From NCBI GenBank assembly GCA_963700285.1, contig CAVOXA010000014.1, positions 832,001 through 896,000 on the forward strand: a stretch of DNA of 64,000 nucleotides, written 5' to 3'. The notes below the pieces were generated by a model, which saw only the letters and a program-made list of their open reading frames with translations, searched no databases and was not told where the DNA came from. The translations under genes and the position numbers were made by a program. How positions within the stretch are numbered: position 1 is the stretch's first letter; the number at the start of each line of letters is the position of its first letter. Shown here one piece after another: positions 1 to 10,219 of this stretch. The DNA comes from an uncultured Chloroflexia bacterium. Lineage in GTDB: Bacteria; Chloroflexota; Anaerolineae; JAAYZQ01.

Positions 1-586
1 TATCAATCTGGCTGGCGTGCGGCCCCAGGGAATTGTACAGCCTGGGCAGGAATACGAGAAATTGAAGGAAACAATTGCAGGCCAGGCCACTGCCCTACGG
101 GACCCGCGCACGGGCGAGCCGTTGGTGGACCGAGTCTACCGTCGCGATGAAGTATATAGCGGTCCGTACCTGGCCCGCACACCCGATCTGATCATCCAGC
201 CCCGAGGTTGGGAGTACATGGCCTTTGGTCACGCTGACTTTGGGTCCAACCAGTTGGTAGAACCAATTACTGGCCTGTCTGGTCACCACCGGCTGGATGG
301 GGTTGTGATCTTGGCCGGCGATGGCATAAAAGCCGGCACGGCGCTGGAAGATGCAGGGATCGTAGATCTGACGCCGACCATCCTGCACGCCATGGGTCTG
401 CCGGTGCCCCAAGAACTGGATGGACGGGTACTGAAGGAGGCATTCCAGGACTCCTCACCGGCTGCCCGGCCGGTTGTATACAGTCAGGACAACATATACA
501 AAGATGGGGACTCAGCACCAGGTTTCTCGGATACGGAGATGGAAGAGATCCAGGAGAAGCTGCGGGGTTGGGGTTACGCAGGATAA
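1..586 (+). CDS. Alkaline phosphatase/type I phosphodiesterase (nucleotide pyrophosphatase) family protein, 5'-truncated by window edge
   Basis: C-terminal motifs INL..RPQGIV, TPDLII, SGHHRLDGV, DLTPTILHAMGLPVP..LDGR, and a ...LRGWGY tail. Confidence 0.8.
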   Translation, partial: INLAGVRPQGIVQPGQEYEKLKETIAGQATALRDPRTGEPLVDRVYRRDEVYSGPYLARTPDLIIQPRGWEYMAFGHADFGSNQLVEPITGLSGHHRLDGVVILAGDGIKAGTALEDAGIVDLTPTILHAMGLPVPQELDGRVLKEAFQDSSPAARPVVYSQDNIYKDGDSAPGFSDTEMEEIQEKLRGWGYAG

Positions 587-601
587 GTGAATCGGCAAGC
601 T

Positions 602-630
602 TTGCTGAAAAGCGCCAAGTCTGATACAAT
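602..630 (+). promoter_or_regulatory. sigma70-type promoter of wzz (near-leaderless)
   Basis: TTGCTG-17bp-TACAAT; ATG at 640 lies 9 nt after the -10 box. Confidence 0.55.
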
Positions 631-639
631 GGGACGATA

Positions 640-1982
640 ATGGAAGAAGAAATCGATCTGCGCGCCTACATTGAAGTCCTACTCCACCACTGGAAATGGA
701 TTGCGGGATTGGCACTGATTCTGGCGATCATCGCTTTCGTCATCACCTCGCTTCAGCCCGCGACCTACCAAGCATCGGCCGTCGTCATCGTAACCCGGCC
801 CCGGTATCAGATACAGTTCGACCCGCGTTTCCCGACGTCGCAGAACTGGACGCCGGCGTACAATGCCTTTCCAACGCTGGCTACCTCCGATGACATCCTT
901 CAAGACGTGGTAGAGGCCTATACTCCTTCGCTCGAGGCCGGCATCAGCCCGTGGCGGCTTGGCGTGTTGTCAGGCATGGTCGAAGCCAGCTCGGGGGGGA
1001 TCCCAGCTTACTGTTGCTCAAGGTGGCATCCCGCTCTCCGCAGGATGCCGCAGGCATCGCCAATACCTGGAGCGACATTGTCGTGCGGGCCGGAAGTGAT
1101 ATTTTTGGTGAGAGTACGAAAGACATAGATTTCTTCAAGGACCAGGTGGCACAGGCAGGACAGGCGCTAGACGAAATAGATGCTGCCCTGATCGAGTTTG
1201 AAGCCCACAATCAGTCAAATATCATCAGAACAAAACTAGACTCTCTGAACCTGGCTCAGGCCGAATATTTAAGCGATCAGCGCACAATCTCATACATCAT
1301 TCAAGATATCCAGGGATTGCGCCGCCAGCTGGCAGCTCAACGAGACGACGAGGCCATGTCTTTCGCTGACGGCTTGACTGCGCTCTTGTTGCAGGTCAAG
1401 GCATTCAACGCCCGCGTCGCCACATCTGAGACCTCGGACTCAACCCTAGCTCTAGTCCCAGCTCCAGTCCCAGCCCCTATTGAACTACAGATCGACAGCA
1501 GCGAATCCCTTTCAAACAAGACACGAGCTGAGCAGATTGTCTTCTTGGATGATCTGGTGGCGACGCTGCAAACCAAATCCACCGAGACTGATGTGCGACT
1601 GGCGGAATTGGAGCCGCAGATCCTGGCCTCGCAGCGAACATTCCAACAACTCACGGCGGAACAAGATCGCCTCGTCCGCGCGCAAGAAGTGGCACGAGAG
1701 ACCTATCTCACGTTGACACGCAAACTGGATGAGGCGCGTATCGCGGCCCAAGAGGAGAACAGTAACCTGCAGGTGGGCAGCTATGCAGCCGTACCCGAGA
1801 GTCCCATAGGGCAGCGCAGGCTGTTCACCACCGGCGTGGTTGCGGTAGTGGCGTTGACTTTCGGTGTTCTTGCTGCTTTCTTTATCGACTTTTGGCGCAG
1901 GAGCAAGAAACAACCGCCAGACAGGGTGGAAGAACCCTCACCAACCTCTGAGGCGGTGCCGCCAGGAAAAGGCGTTGATTAA
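640..1982 (+). pseudogene. wzz: Wzz/polysaccharide co-polymerase, split by a frameshift at G7 (993-999)
   Basis: ORF 640-1128 has the Wzz N-terminus (EEIDLRAYIEVL..W, TM, YQASA). ORF 951-1982 carries GDPSLLLLKV..AAGIAN, coiled coils, A.VPE.P and the second TM. One extra G fuses them into ~447 aa. Confidence 0.85.
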
Positions 1983-3486
1983 GGCAAGGCGCTGGTCGGC
2001 CAGCTTGTGGTCTGTTTTTCCCGTGCTGGCGGGTGGAGCATTGTTGATACTGGCCTTTCCTTATTTGGCGAGTGCCCATCACCTGGAAGCTGGTGGGCGA
2101 GCACTCGATACCCCATCGCTCGCTCTCGAGCACCTGCACAAAGCCATCAAATGGGACGCGCAGAATGCCCAGGCTTACCTCCTGATGAGCACGGTCTATC
2201 GCGCTCAGGGAGACTGGTATGCTGCAGTAGAAGCGCTTGCACGCTACAGGGAACTGCGCCCCGGCAACCCGCTGGGCCCTATCGACTTGGCTCAACTCTA
2301 TGAAGAAATAGAGTCCGAGATGGCGACGATGCGCCGGGCTGACTTGATCTCCTTACTGCCGCAAGCCACGGTTGAGACGCCTGGCGTACCCGTGGCCACA
2401 CCTTACCATCAGCCAGATGAGCCGGCATGGAGCAGCTACGTAGCCAAGACGACGTTCAGCCTGTCTCCCCACCTGGGTGAACGGCCTACATTGTTTATGC
2501 ATCCGCCAGCCACAGCCACCTATACCTTGTCGTTGCCTCCGCAGCCTATCATGCTCCGTTTTGGCATGGGGATGGATCCCCAGGTAGATGGTTCGCCTGG
2601 GGATGGCGCTACATTTGACGTCTCTGTGAACGGCGAGCGTGTTTTCTTGGAGTACATGGACAAGGGCATGGCCAGCCAAGGTTGGCACGAGCGTACGGTG
2701 GACCTGGCAGCATGGGCTGGACAGGAAGTAGCGTTGACCCTGGCCACAAGGCCCGGGCCAGCAGGCGACACAACCGCGGACTGGGCCGGCTGGGGCACAC
2801 CTCAGGTGGTGGACGCGGAGTACTTGACCCTGGAGAAACTGGACCCTGGACCGGGCATGGTCAACGCCTGGCGACAGACTGGTCTGACGGCGGGGGATTT
2901 CATTGCGCGGGGCGAAAAGGCCCGTGAAGCAGGTCTCTACGACGAAGCATTGGCATGGTACCAGCGCGCGATGCGGCTGGAGCCACGAGTGGGAGATCCC
3001 TGGTACTTTGTCGGCCTTCTGCGCGAGAACCAGGAGATGTGGCCTCAAGCATTGGATGCCTACGCCCAGGCAGCTTCCGCAGAACGTCTGGTCCAGGTGG
3101 GTCGCAGTAGCGCATACCACCGCCTGGGCAGCATCTACCAGCGCCGATTGCCAAGTCCACAGCCCGAACGCGCGCTGGCGGCCTATCAGGCAGCCTTGGA
3201 TGCAGATGATTTCGGCCTGGCAGAAGATGCCGCATGGACGCACGTTCGATTGGCTCAACTCTATGATTCCCTTGAGCAAAATCCCGTTGCAGCCGAAGCT
3301 GAGATCTTGCAGGCACTAGAACTTGCGCCCAGCGATCCGTGGATCTATGTAGTTCTTGGAGACATATACCGGAGCAGAGGCCGAACAGCGGAGGCGACAG
3401 AACTGTACGAACAGGCATTGGCAATTGACCCCAACAGTGAGGCAGCACAAAGTCGCCTGAACGCAGTCAAGGAGGGGAATGACTAA
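1975..3486 (+). CDS. Membrane-anchored TPR protein with central beta-sandwich (NPCBM/carbohydrate-binding-like) module
   Basis: N-terminal TM; TPR repeats on both sides of GDGATFDVSVNGE..WHERTVDLAAWAGQEVALTL..DWAGWGTP; probable TTG start overlaps wzz stop. Confidence 0.7.
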   Translation: MIKARRWSASLWSVFPVLAGGALLILAFPYLASAHHLEAGGRALDTPSLALEHLHKAIKWDAQNAQAYLLMSTVYRAQGDWYAAVEALARYRELRPGNPLGPIDLAQLYEEIESEMATMRRADLISLLPQATVETPGVPVATPYHQPDEPAWSSYVAKTTFSLSPHLGERPTLFMHPPATATYTLSLPPQPIMLRFGMGMDPQVDGSPGDGATFDVSVNGERVFLEYMDKGMASQGWHERTVDLAAWAGQEVALTLATRPGPAGDTTADWAGWGTPQVVDAEYLTLEKLDPGPGMVNAWRQTGLTAGDFIARGEKAREAGLYDEALAWYQRAMRLEPRVGDPWYFVGLLRENQEMWPQALDAYAQAASAERLVQVGRSSAYHRLGSIYQRRLPSPQPERALAAYQAALDADDFGLAEDAAWTHVRLAQLYDSLEQNPVAAEAEILQALELAPSDPWIYVVLGDIYRSRGRTAEATELYEQALAIDPNSEAAQSRLNAVKEGND

Positions 3487-3740
3487 CAGGCTCGTCCGCC
3501 GTGGCCTGGCCGATGAAGAAAGCACGAGGTAAACATGTGTGCGGGAGGGTACAATCCAGGAGGGCGCAGCGATCACGGCTGCAGACTAGGGCACGTGCCC
3601 TGTTTCTTTCGATGGCGCAAATGTGCTCTCAAGGCGCCAAGCACAGGATGAAGATAGGCGCGACCATCGTGCAAACAAGCGCCCGCGAATCAAAGTGAGC
3701 CCAATGACGGACCGCAATTGTTGCTGGAAATCGTAGAGAT

Positions 3741-5255
3741 ATGCCACGCCCAACTGAACCAGAAACCGAACAAGCCACTCCCCTTCCGGAACCGCAGGAA
3801 GGCACCTTTGCCAGCGACGTAATCAAGCTGGCCGGTGGTACCACCCTTGCCCAGGTATTGACTGTGCTGGCAGCACCATTTCTCGCTCGGTTGTATGAGC
3901 CAAGTGCCTTTGGTACAGCCGCGGTTTTTGCTTCCCTCGCAGCCGTTATCGGAGTGGTAGCTTGCTTGCGCTACGAACTCGCGATCATGTTGCCCAAACG
4001 CGACAAGGATGCAGCGAACCTGCTGGCTGTCAGCCTCGTTTCGGTATTGGCCATAAGTGGACTGACCGCCATCCTCGTTTTATTCGCCCGTGAACCGATT
4101 GTACGTCTACTGAAAGTACCGAGTTTGGCGAACTACATGTGGCTTCTGCCTCTGGTTGTGCTGGCCAACGGGGTCTTTGTGGCCCTCTCCTACTGGAACT
4201 CGCGCACAAGGCGCTTTGGACGCCTATCAATCGCGGGTATATCCAGGTCTCTGGTTATGAACGGATCCCAGATGGCGGCGGGAATGACAGGCAATGCGCA
4301 TGCCGGCGCGTTGATTGGGAGCAGGGCACTGAGTTCCGTAATTACCATGATCGTGCTGGGAGGGCAGACATGGCGCGATGATCATGGCATATTTCAGCAA
4401 AGCATCAACTCGAAGGACATAGTAGCAGGGCTCAGACGCCATCACAAGTTCCCGCTGTATAGCACTTGGTCGGCGCTGCTAAACAGCATTTCGTGGCAGC
4501 TACCCACCTTTCTTCTGTCCGCATTCTTCTCATCTGCCGTGGTGGGATATTATGCACTTGGTACTCGCTTGCTCCGTATGCCGATGAGCCTTATTGGCAG
4601 TGCCATCGCACAGGTCTTTTTCCAGCGTGCAGCAGAAGCAAAAGAAAACGGCAGCCTGGCCATGGTGGTCGAGAGCGCCTTTCGCCGTCTCGTAATGATA
4701 GGCATGTTCCCCCTGCTGCTGCTAACAATCATTGGGAGAGATCTCTTCATCGTAGTGTTTGGCGCGAATTGGGCAGAAGCTGGCGTTTACGCACAGATCC
4801 TGAGCGTGTGGACCTTCTTCTGGTTTATCTCCTCGCCTCTCAGCACACTGTACAGTGTGCTCGAGAAACAGGAATCTGGGCTTGTGCTGAATACCATCAT
4901 TTTCGTCACACGACTTCTGTCACTTGGGATAGGTGGTGTTCAGGAAAACGCCCGTTTGGCGTTGTTGCTGTTTGGCGCGTCAGGCGCGATCGTATACGGC
5001 TATCTAAGCCTGGCAATCGTGGCTGCTTCGGGTGTACCATGGCGCAAAACCTTTGGTATACTGGCATTCTATTTCGCCTACTTTGTCCCCGCCGGAGCCA
5101 TTCTCATTGCTATGAAGGTTGCTGGCGCCGGATCTTTGGCTGTGGTGTTGGTTTCGTGCACTCTCCTTGGTCTGTACCTGCTATACCTGTTCAGAAGCGA
5201 ACCCGAAATGCATGTTCTCCTGCGACAAACTTGGGCTCGAAAAGGCAAGGACTGA
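3741..5255 (+). CDS. wzx: Wzx/MOP-family oligosaccharide flippase
   Basis: GT..AQ...PFLARLY.P..FG, LRYELAI, ~12-14 hydrophobic segments. Confidence 0.9.
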   Translation: MPRPTEPETEQATPLPEPQEGTFASDVIKLAGGTTLAQVLTVLAAPFLARLYEPSAFGTAAVFASLAAVIGVVACLRYELAIMLPKRDKDAANLLAVSLVSVLAISGLTAILVLFAREPIVRLLKVPSLANYMWLLPLVVLANGVFVALSYWNSRTRRFGRLSIAGISRSLVMNGSQMAAGMTGNAHAGALIGSRALSSVITMIVLGGQTWRDDHGIFQQSINSKDIVAGLRRHHKFPLYSTWSALLNSISWQLPTFLLSAFFSSAVVGYYALGTRLLRMPMSLIGSAIAQVFFQRAAEAKENGSLAMVVESAFRRLVMIGMFPLLLLTIIGRDLFIVVFGANWAEAGVYAQILSVWTFFWFISSPLSTLYSVLEKQESGLVLNTIIFVTRLLSLGIGGVQENARLALLLFGASGAIVYGYLSLAIVAASGVPWRKTFGILAFYFAYFVPAGAILIAMKVAGAGSLAVVLVSCTLLGLYLLYLFRSEPEMHVLLRQTWARKGKD

Positions 5256-5378
5256 CGCTGCATGAACCGCCCACCGAGTTCGTGAGGGTCAGGCACAGTA
5301 AGGGCTGCCCACCAACACTTTTCTTGGCCAGAGACTCTTCCGTCTTGGCCCATATCATCATAGGACTTTGGATGCGCA

Positions 5379-6092
5379 GTGTCTGATACGGTAGGGAACC
5401 TGATCCGAAAAAGCAGATGGCTAGTTCCCCTGCAGTTCAAGTCCATGAGCTTGGTTATCTGGCCAATTGGCGATCAGGACTACAAGCTCGCCCATCCAAG
5501 CTGTGGCTTGGAGGACATGAGCATCCACATTTGCCCAAGAAAAAAGGATCTGGAAAGCTTGAACACAGACAACGCCTACCGAATCTCAAGCGATGACTGG
5601 ATCCAAGGTCACTTTGACAGCAAACTTGAGCAAGGTCAGACTGCGATATGCGGCTTCTCCGGGGAAGATCTTGCCCATGTGATATGGGCAGCCGTTGGAG
5701 CCGAAGCGGGCCAGAAGCTCGTTTGGGATCCGCCTCTAGAACTGGACTGGAATCACAGTACGGTTCTCAGCGGTGCATACACTCCACCAATCTTCCGGGG
5801 AAAAGGCGCATTCCCTTACACAGCGACCGAAGGGCTGAAGTATCTCAAGGCCCTTGGCCTGACGAGAGCCTATACCGCGTTTCACTGGAAGAACAGCGCA
5901 TCCAAGAGGGGCCTGCACAAGGCAAATGCGCTATTAGCAGCGACTTGTTACCGCATGCGAATTAGATTTCCCGGACAAGGCGTCAGGTACATTCCTCTTC
6001 TGGCATATGGGTGCAAGCCGGACTCTGACAGCAAGTGGTACCGTCGACAGTTCGCTGACAGAATAAACTTTGTACCTGTATCCATTATGTGA
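5379..6092 (+). CDS. GNAT-like acyltransferase
   Basis: Acetyl-CoA motif AYTPPIFRGKG and N-S-A-S..K motif; start uncertain. Confidence 0.55.
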   Translation: MSDTVGNLIRKSRWLVPLQFKSMSLVIWPIGDQDYKLAHPSCGLEDMSIHICPRKKDLESLNTDNAYRISSDDWIQGHFDSKLEQGQTAICGFSGEDLAHVIWAAVGAEAGQKLVWDPPLELDWNHSTVLSGAYTPPIFRGKGAFPYTATEGLKYLKALGLTRAYTAFHWKNSASKRGLHKANALLAATCYRMRIRFPGQGVRYIPLLAYGCKPDSDSKWYRRQFADRINFVPVSIM

Positions 6093-6224
6093 CATCGCTG
6101 GTGTTGCGTACGGATGACCGTACAGGCATCCAAAGCAATGCTAATGCAAGCCTGGTTGCTCGCACTGCCTACATGGACGCGATTGACCTGTAGCGAAGAA
6201 TATGAAAAACCAGCTTAGCCAGAC

Positions 6225-7451
6225 ATGACAGAACTAGAGAGAATCCAGCAGATGTCATACGGGACAGAGCCTGACAAACTCAGGGGTAAGAGAGTACTTG
6301 TCACTGATGGCCAATACGCTCATACCCTGGGCATTGTCCGGTCGCTGGGGCAGGCAGGGCTGGACGTTGGGGTCATTGCTCCAACATCTACCGCGCTCGC
6401 GCTCCACTCTCGCTTCTGTAGGTGGGGCTTTGTGAGCCCGCCATTGAGCAACCAAGCAGCATATCTTGCATTTCTGGAGAATATCCTGGCTGAGGGTTCA
6501 TTCGACCTGCTCATGCCAGTGGGGGCCTCGGCCACCCGGCTTGTGTCCGTACATCGGGACCGGTTGGCCCCAAAAGTTTCCTTCCAGGTAGCCGATCAGC
6601 ACAGCATAGAATCGGCGTTCAACAAGAGAAACACCTACGCATTGGCGGAGCGGCTAAGAGTCCCCTATCCTCATACCCTGTATCCTCAGAACGTGGCGGA
6701 AGTAGAGCAACTCTCGCAGGAGTTAGAGTTTCCTGTCGTCGTCAAAGCGATCGTTGAAGAGGGCTCGAATGTCGTCTATTACCCAAGCAACCGCGAACAG
6801 TTGTTGCAGATGTATGAGCCACTCTGCACCGAAAGAGGATATGCACCGCCCTTCCTTCCAATGCTACAGGAGTTGATCCATAGCGATGACATTGGCTACA
6901 GCTTCGCAGCCCTCTACAAGCATGGCAGATGCATACGGGTCTTCATGTACCGTGAAATTCGCTCAATACCCGTGCGGGGCGGATCGGGTACCTACACGGA
7001 GAGTTGCTTCGACGCCGAACTCAAGCAGTACGGCATGCGGCTCCTGGATGCTCTGAATTGGACGGGTGTAGCACAGATGGACTTCCGGCGCGGCACCGAC
7101 GGACAACTGCGCCTGATGGAGATCAACCCGAAATTCTGGGCATCTCTGGAGGTGGCACTGGCCGCTGGAGTAAATTTTCCACTGCTACTGTGCGACATGG
7201 CAACGGGCCAGGACTTGAGCTATTCCGAAGACTACGAACGCGGGGTCCGCTACCATTGGCCGCTCTCCCGGGAACTGCTTCACGTTGCCGGAAGGCCAAG
7301 CTCGCTGCCAGCTGTTTTGTGGGCCTGCCTGGATCCACGGATCAGGTCAAATGTCTGGGCGAGCGATCTTGAGCCAAACCTGTTGGAATTGGCCAGGACT
7401 CTGGCAGTGTTTTGGCACCAGTTGCCTGTTTTGGGCAAGCAGCGTGATTGA
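6225..7451 (+). CDS. ATP-grasp carboxylate-amine ligase
   Basis: VRSLG..G, FPVVVK, MLQE, LMEINPKFW..LA.AAGVNFP. Confidence 0.85.
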   Translation: MTELERIQQMSYGTEPDKLRGKRVLVTDGQYAHTLGIVRSLGQAGLDVGVIAPTSTALALHSRFCRWGFVSPPLSNQAAYLAFLENILAEGSFDLLMPVGASATRLVSVHRDRLAPKVSFQVADQHSIESAFNKRNTYALAERLRVPYPHTLYPQNVAEVEQLSQELEFPVVVKAIVEEGSNVVYYPSNREQLLQMYEPLCTERGYAPPFLPMLQELIHSDDIGYSFAALYKHGRCIRVFMYREIRSIPVRGGSGTYTESCFDAELKQYGMRLLDALNWTGVAQMDFRRGTDGQLRLMEINPKFWASLEVALAAGVNFPLLLCDMATGQDLSYSEDYERGVRYHWPLSRELLHVAGRPSSLPAVLWACLDPRIRSNVWASDLEPNLLELARTLAVFWHQLPVLGKQRD

Positions 7452-8921
7452 GTGAGAAGAAACGTGCCCATGCAACCGCTTACCCGGGAGGCAGTATCGT
7501 ATGCTTGGCGACAGCTCTTGATACGGGCAGGGGCAGATCCTGAGACGCTGCCTGTGACGCTCAACTACGATGAAAAAGTCAACCTGTCGAGCAGGCCGCA
7601 TGTTATCATAAGACCATGTACGATCAGGGCTGCAGAGACTCTGCTGGAGCGTGCTCCCAATACCCTGGATTGGGTACCCGCATCTGGAGTAGTGCCGGCA
7701 GGTGGCGTACTGCCTTTCGATGACTTGGTTCCTGTCCTATTCTGGGGCAAGGGCGCAGAGCATGGGGACAGGCCCTTTGCCATTCTACATACCGACGGAT
7801 CCATAGAGTTTTGTGCTGACCTGATTGCCACAGTCTTCTTCATGCTCACCCGTTGGGAAGAGATGATGGTTGCCACACGCGACAAGCATGGGCGGTTCCC
7901 GGGGACGGCCAGCGTAGCCTACAAGCAGGGATTTCTTGACAGACCAGTGGTGGACGAGTACGCTCTGATACTCAGTGAGTGGCTGAGGGTAATTCTCCCG
8001 GGCTGGGAGCCAAGGACCCGTGCCTTCTCTGTCAAACTCAGCCACGATGTGGATCACGTTCGCCGCTTTGCGAATGCGCACAGTGCGATCCGTACACTTG
8101 GGGGGAACCTGCTCAAGCGACACAGCCCCAGCCTGGCCTGGCAAACCGGCCGTGATGCGTTTCAGGAGATGGTTGCTCCCGAGCAAGCGGCTCATTTTCA
8201 GGGGATCGAGTTTCTGTCAGAGCTGTCTCAGAAACACGGCATGGGACACGACGCCTTCTACTTTATGGCCACTGAACCCGGCCCACTTGAAAATGATTAT
8301 CGCCTGGATTCACCCATGATCCGACAGAGCATTGAGGACTTGCGGGAACAAGGATTTGAAATCGGTCTGCATGCTGGGTATCACACACCCAACGACTCGG
8401 GTCAGCTGATGAAAGAGAAAGCCAAGTTGGATGCCATCCTGGGCCAAACCCATTATGGAGGTCGTCAGCACTACCTGCGTTTCCAGGTTCCGGAAACCTG
8501 GAGACATTTGGAGAAAGCGGGGCTGTCATATGATTCTACAATGGCCTTTCCTGACCACGAAGGCTTCCGCTGCGGTACCTGCCATCCATTCCGTCCCTTT
8601 GACGTGGACCAGAACCGCGAGTTGAACCTGTGGGAATTGCCCTTGCTTGTGATGGATCGCACACTATCCCAGTACCGTGGGCTCTCGCCGGCCACCGGGG
8701 AAATGGCAATCCTGGCCTTGGCGCAGAGATGCCAACTGGTAGGTGGCACGTTCACGTTGCTCTGGCACAACTCGTCGCTCGATGGTGATTGGCGGCCATG
8801 GGTAGAGGTGTATCAGCGTGTGCTGAGTTCGCTGGCACAGATGAGTCCCTGCGCCTCCAGTCTTGCCGGGGATGCCGGCAAGCCCGCCCACGGTATCGGT
8901 GTGAGAGGATCCCGCCAGTGA
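7452..8921 (+). CDS. Polysaccharide deacetylase family protein
   Basis: FFMLTRWEE, DKHGRF, SHDVD, EIGLH, GGRQHYLR, YDST..GFRCGTC, LLWHN. Confidence 0.85.
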   Translation: MRRNVPMQPLTREAVSYAWRQLLIRAGADPETLPVTLNYDEKVNLSSRPHVIIRPCTIRAAETLLERAPNTLDWVPASGVVPAGGVLPFDDLVPVLFWGKGAEHGDRPFAILHTDGSIEFCADLIATVFFMLTRWEEMMVATRDKHGRFPGTASVAYKQGFLDRPVVDEYALILSEWLRVILPGWEPRTRAFSVKLSHDVDHVRRFANAHSAIRTLGGNLLKRHSPSLAWQTGRDAFQEMVAPEQAAHFQGIEFLSELSQKHGMGHDAFYFMATEPGPLENDYRLDSPMIRQSIEDLREQGFEIGLHAGYHTPNDSGQLMKEKAKLDAILGQTHYGGRQHYLRFQVPETWRHLEKAGLSYDSTMAFPDHEGFRCGTCHPFRPFDVDQNRELNLWELPLLVMDRTLSQYRGLSPATGEMAILALAQRCQLVGGTFTLLWHNSSLDGDWRPWVEVYQRVLSSLAQMSPCASSLAGDAGKPAHGIGVRGSRQ

Positions 8922-10219
8922 TCTATCTCTACTACGCCGTCTCTGCCTTGGTACTGCTTTGGTTCCTGATGTTCCTGGCCCACAATCTGAGGCAGGCGAT
9001 CCTGGCAGGGCTAATCTTTACGACGCTGACCTTGGGGGCGCTGCCTCGGCAGATCATACCCGTGAGCGGCGCCGCCTTTGCAATTCAAATTGGGTTTCTG
9101 GTATGGGCCTTTACCTGGCTCTTCATGAGGAAAGACACCTCGCTGGCCCTATCGTACATCGCAAATCCGTACACCCTCCTGCTGGTATTGTTTGGCATGG
9201 TGCTCGTTGCCTACCTCCTCCTGTCCGGCAACCCAGCCTATGGTCTCACAACGACAATTTGGTTTCTGATCAAGGGTTTTCTCCCAGTGATTGCCTTAGG
9301 CTGTCTGGCGCCATTCGACAAGACAGATACTCGCCTCGTTGTCACGACCATCGTCTGTGGCGCCCTGCTTATGACCCTTGCCCTCCTGTCACAGAGTGGG
9401 GTACAGCAGACAGAGCGCTTTGGCCTGAGCAACGATGACAGCCCAATCACCATCGCCCGACTCATTGGTCTGGGGGCCACACTGCTGCTATTGATTGCCT
9501 TCTTCAAGCCCAGGATTCGGTTGGTTTCGTTTGCACTCTATACCTTGGCTGCGGTCTTTTTGCTCTTCGCCCTGGGTCTTACCGGCTCGAGGGGGCCTCT
9601 GGTGGCCGCCCTTTTGGCCGTGTTGGTCGGATTTCTTCTCCTGGGGTCGGGATTAGGCAAACGGCTAAGGATCCTTCTGGGCATTGGCATAGTGGCAGCT
9701 CTAATCCTGGTGGTCATAGCACTGTTTCCCATAGAGATCCTGGGCTTTCCTGGGATAGAGAGAATAATCGACCGTTTCGATACCTTGGGCCAGAATGCCA
9801 GCGATCGGGCCAGGCTCAGCTTCTTTCAGACAGCCTGGGATGGCTTTGTTACTTCCTCTGGTTTGGGTGTTGGCACTGGGGGCTATGCTACCCTGCTTGG
9901 CGTCCAGGGCAGAGCCTATCCCCACAACATCGTGCTGGAAGTTGCGGTGGGACAAGGCGTCGTGGGACTCATAATCCTCTTTGCTATGTTGCTGGTGACG
10001 GGTAGACAGATCCTAAGACTGTCGCGCACCCCCGAGTTGGATGTCTATAGCAAGGCGCTGGTCGCCCTGTGGTTCTACGCACTGTTCAACGCCTTTGTGT
10101 CGATGGACATCGCCGGCAACTATTTCCTGTGGGTCACCGGAGGAATGCTTTGGTTCTTCAAGCGAGGTACTGAGATACCCAAAACGCAGGTATTCGCGCC
10201 AGAAGCAGTGAGCCAATGA
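8918..10219 (+). CDS. wzy: Wzy O-antigen polymerase / O-antigen ligase family
   Basis: Polytopic; TGSRG, LGVGTGGY, YPHNIVLE..G.VG; GTG start overlaps upstream stop. Confidence 0.8.
   Translation: MIYLYYAVSALVLLWFLMFLAHNLRQAILAGLIFTTLTLGALPRQIIPVSGAAFAIQIGFLVWAFTWLFMRKDTSLALSYIANPYTLLLVLFGMVLVAYLLLSGNPAYGLTTTIWFLIKGFLPVIALGCLAPFDKTDTRLVVTTIVCGALLMTLALLSQSGVQQTERFGLSNDDSPITIARLIGLGATLLLLIAFFKPRIRLVSFALYTLAAVFLLFALGLTGSRGPLVAALLAVLVGFLLLGSGLGKRLRILLGIGIVAALILVVIALFPIEILGFPGIERIIDRFDTLGQNASDRARLSFFQTAWDGFVTSSGLGVGTGGYATLLGVQGRAYPHNIVLEVAVGQGVVGLIILFAMLLVTGRQILRLSRTPELDVYSKALVALWFYALFNAFVSMDIAGNYFLWVTGGMLWFFKRGTEIPKTQVFAPEAVSQ

Noticed and set aside
1448-1478. 12-bp imperfect tandem repeat in wzz
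   Set aside because: About 2.5 copies encoding a VPAPVPAP linker; not CRISPR-like
2353-3279. 308-aa minus-strand ORF and many other overlapping short ORFs
   Set aside because: Shadow or alternate-frame ORFs expected in GC-rich DNA over well-supported genes
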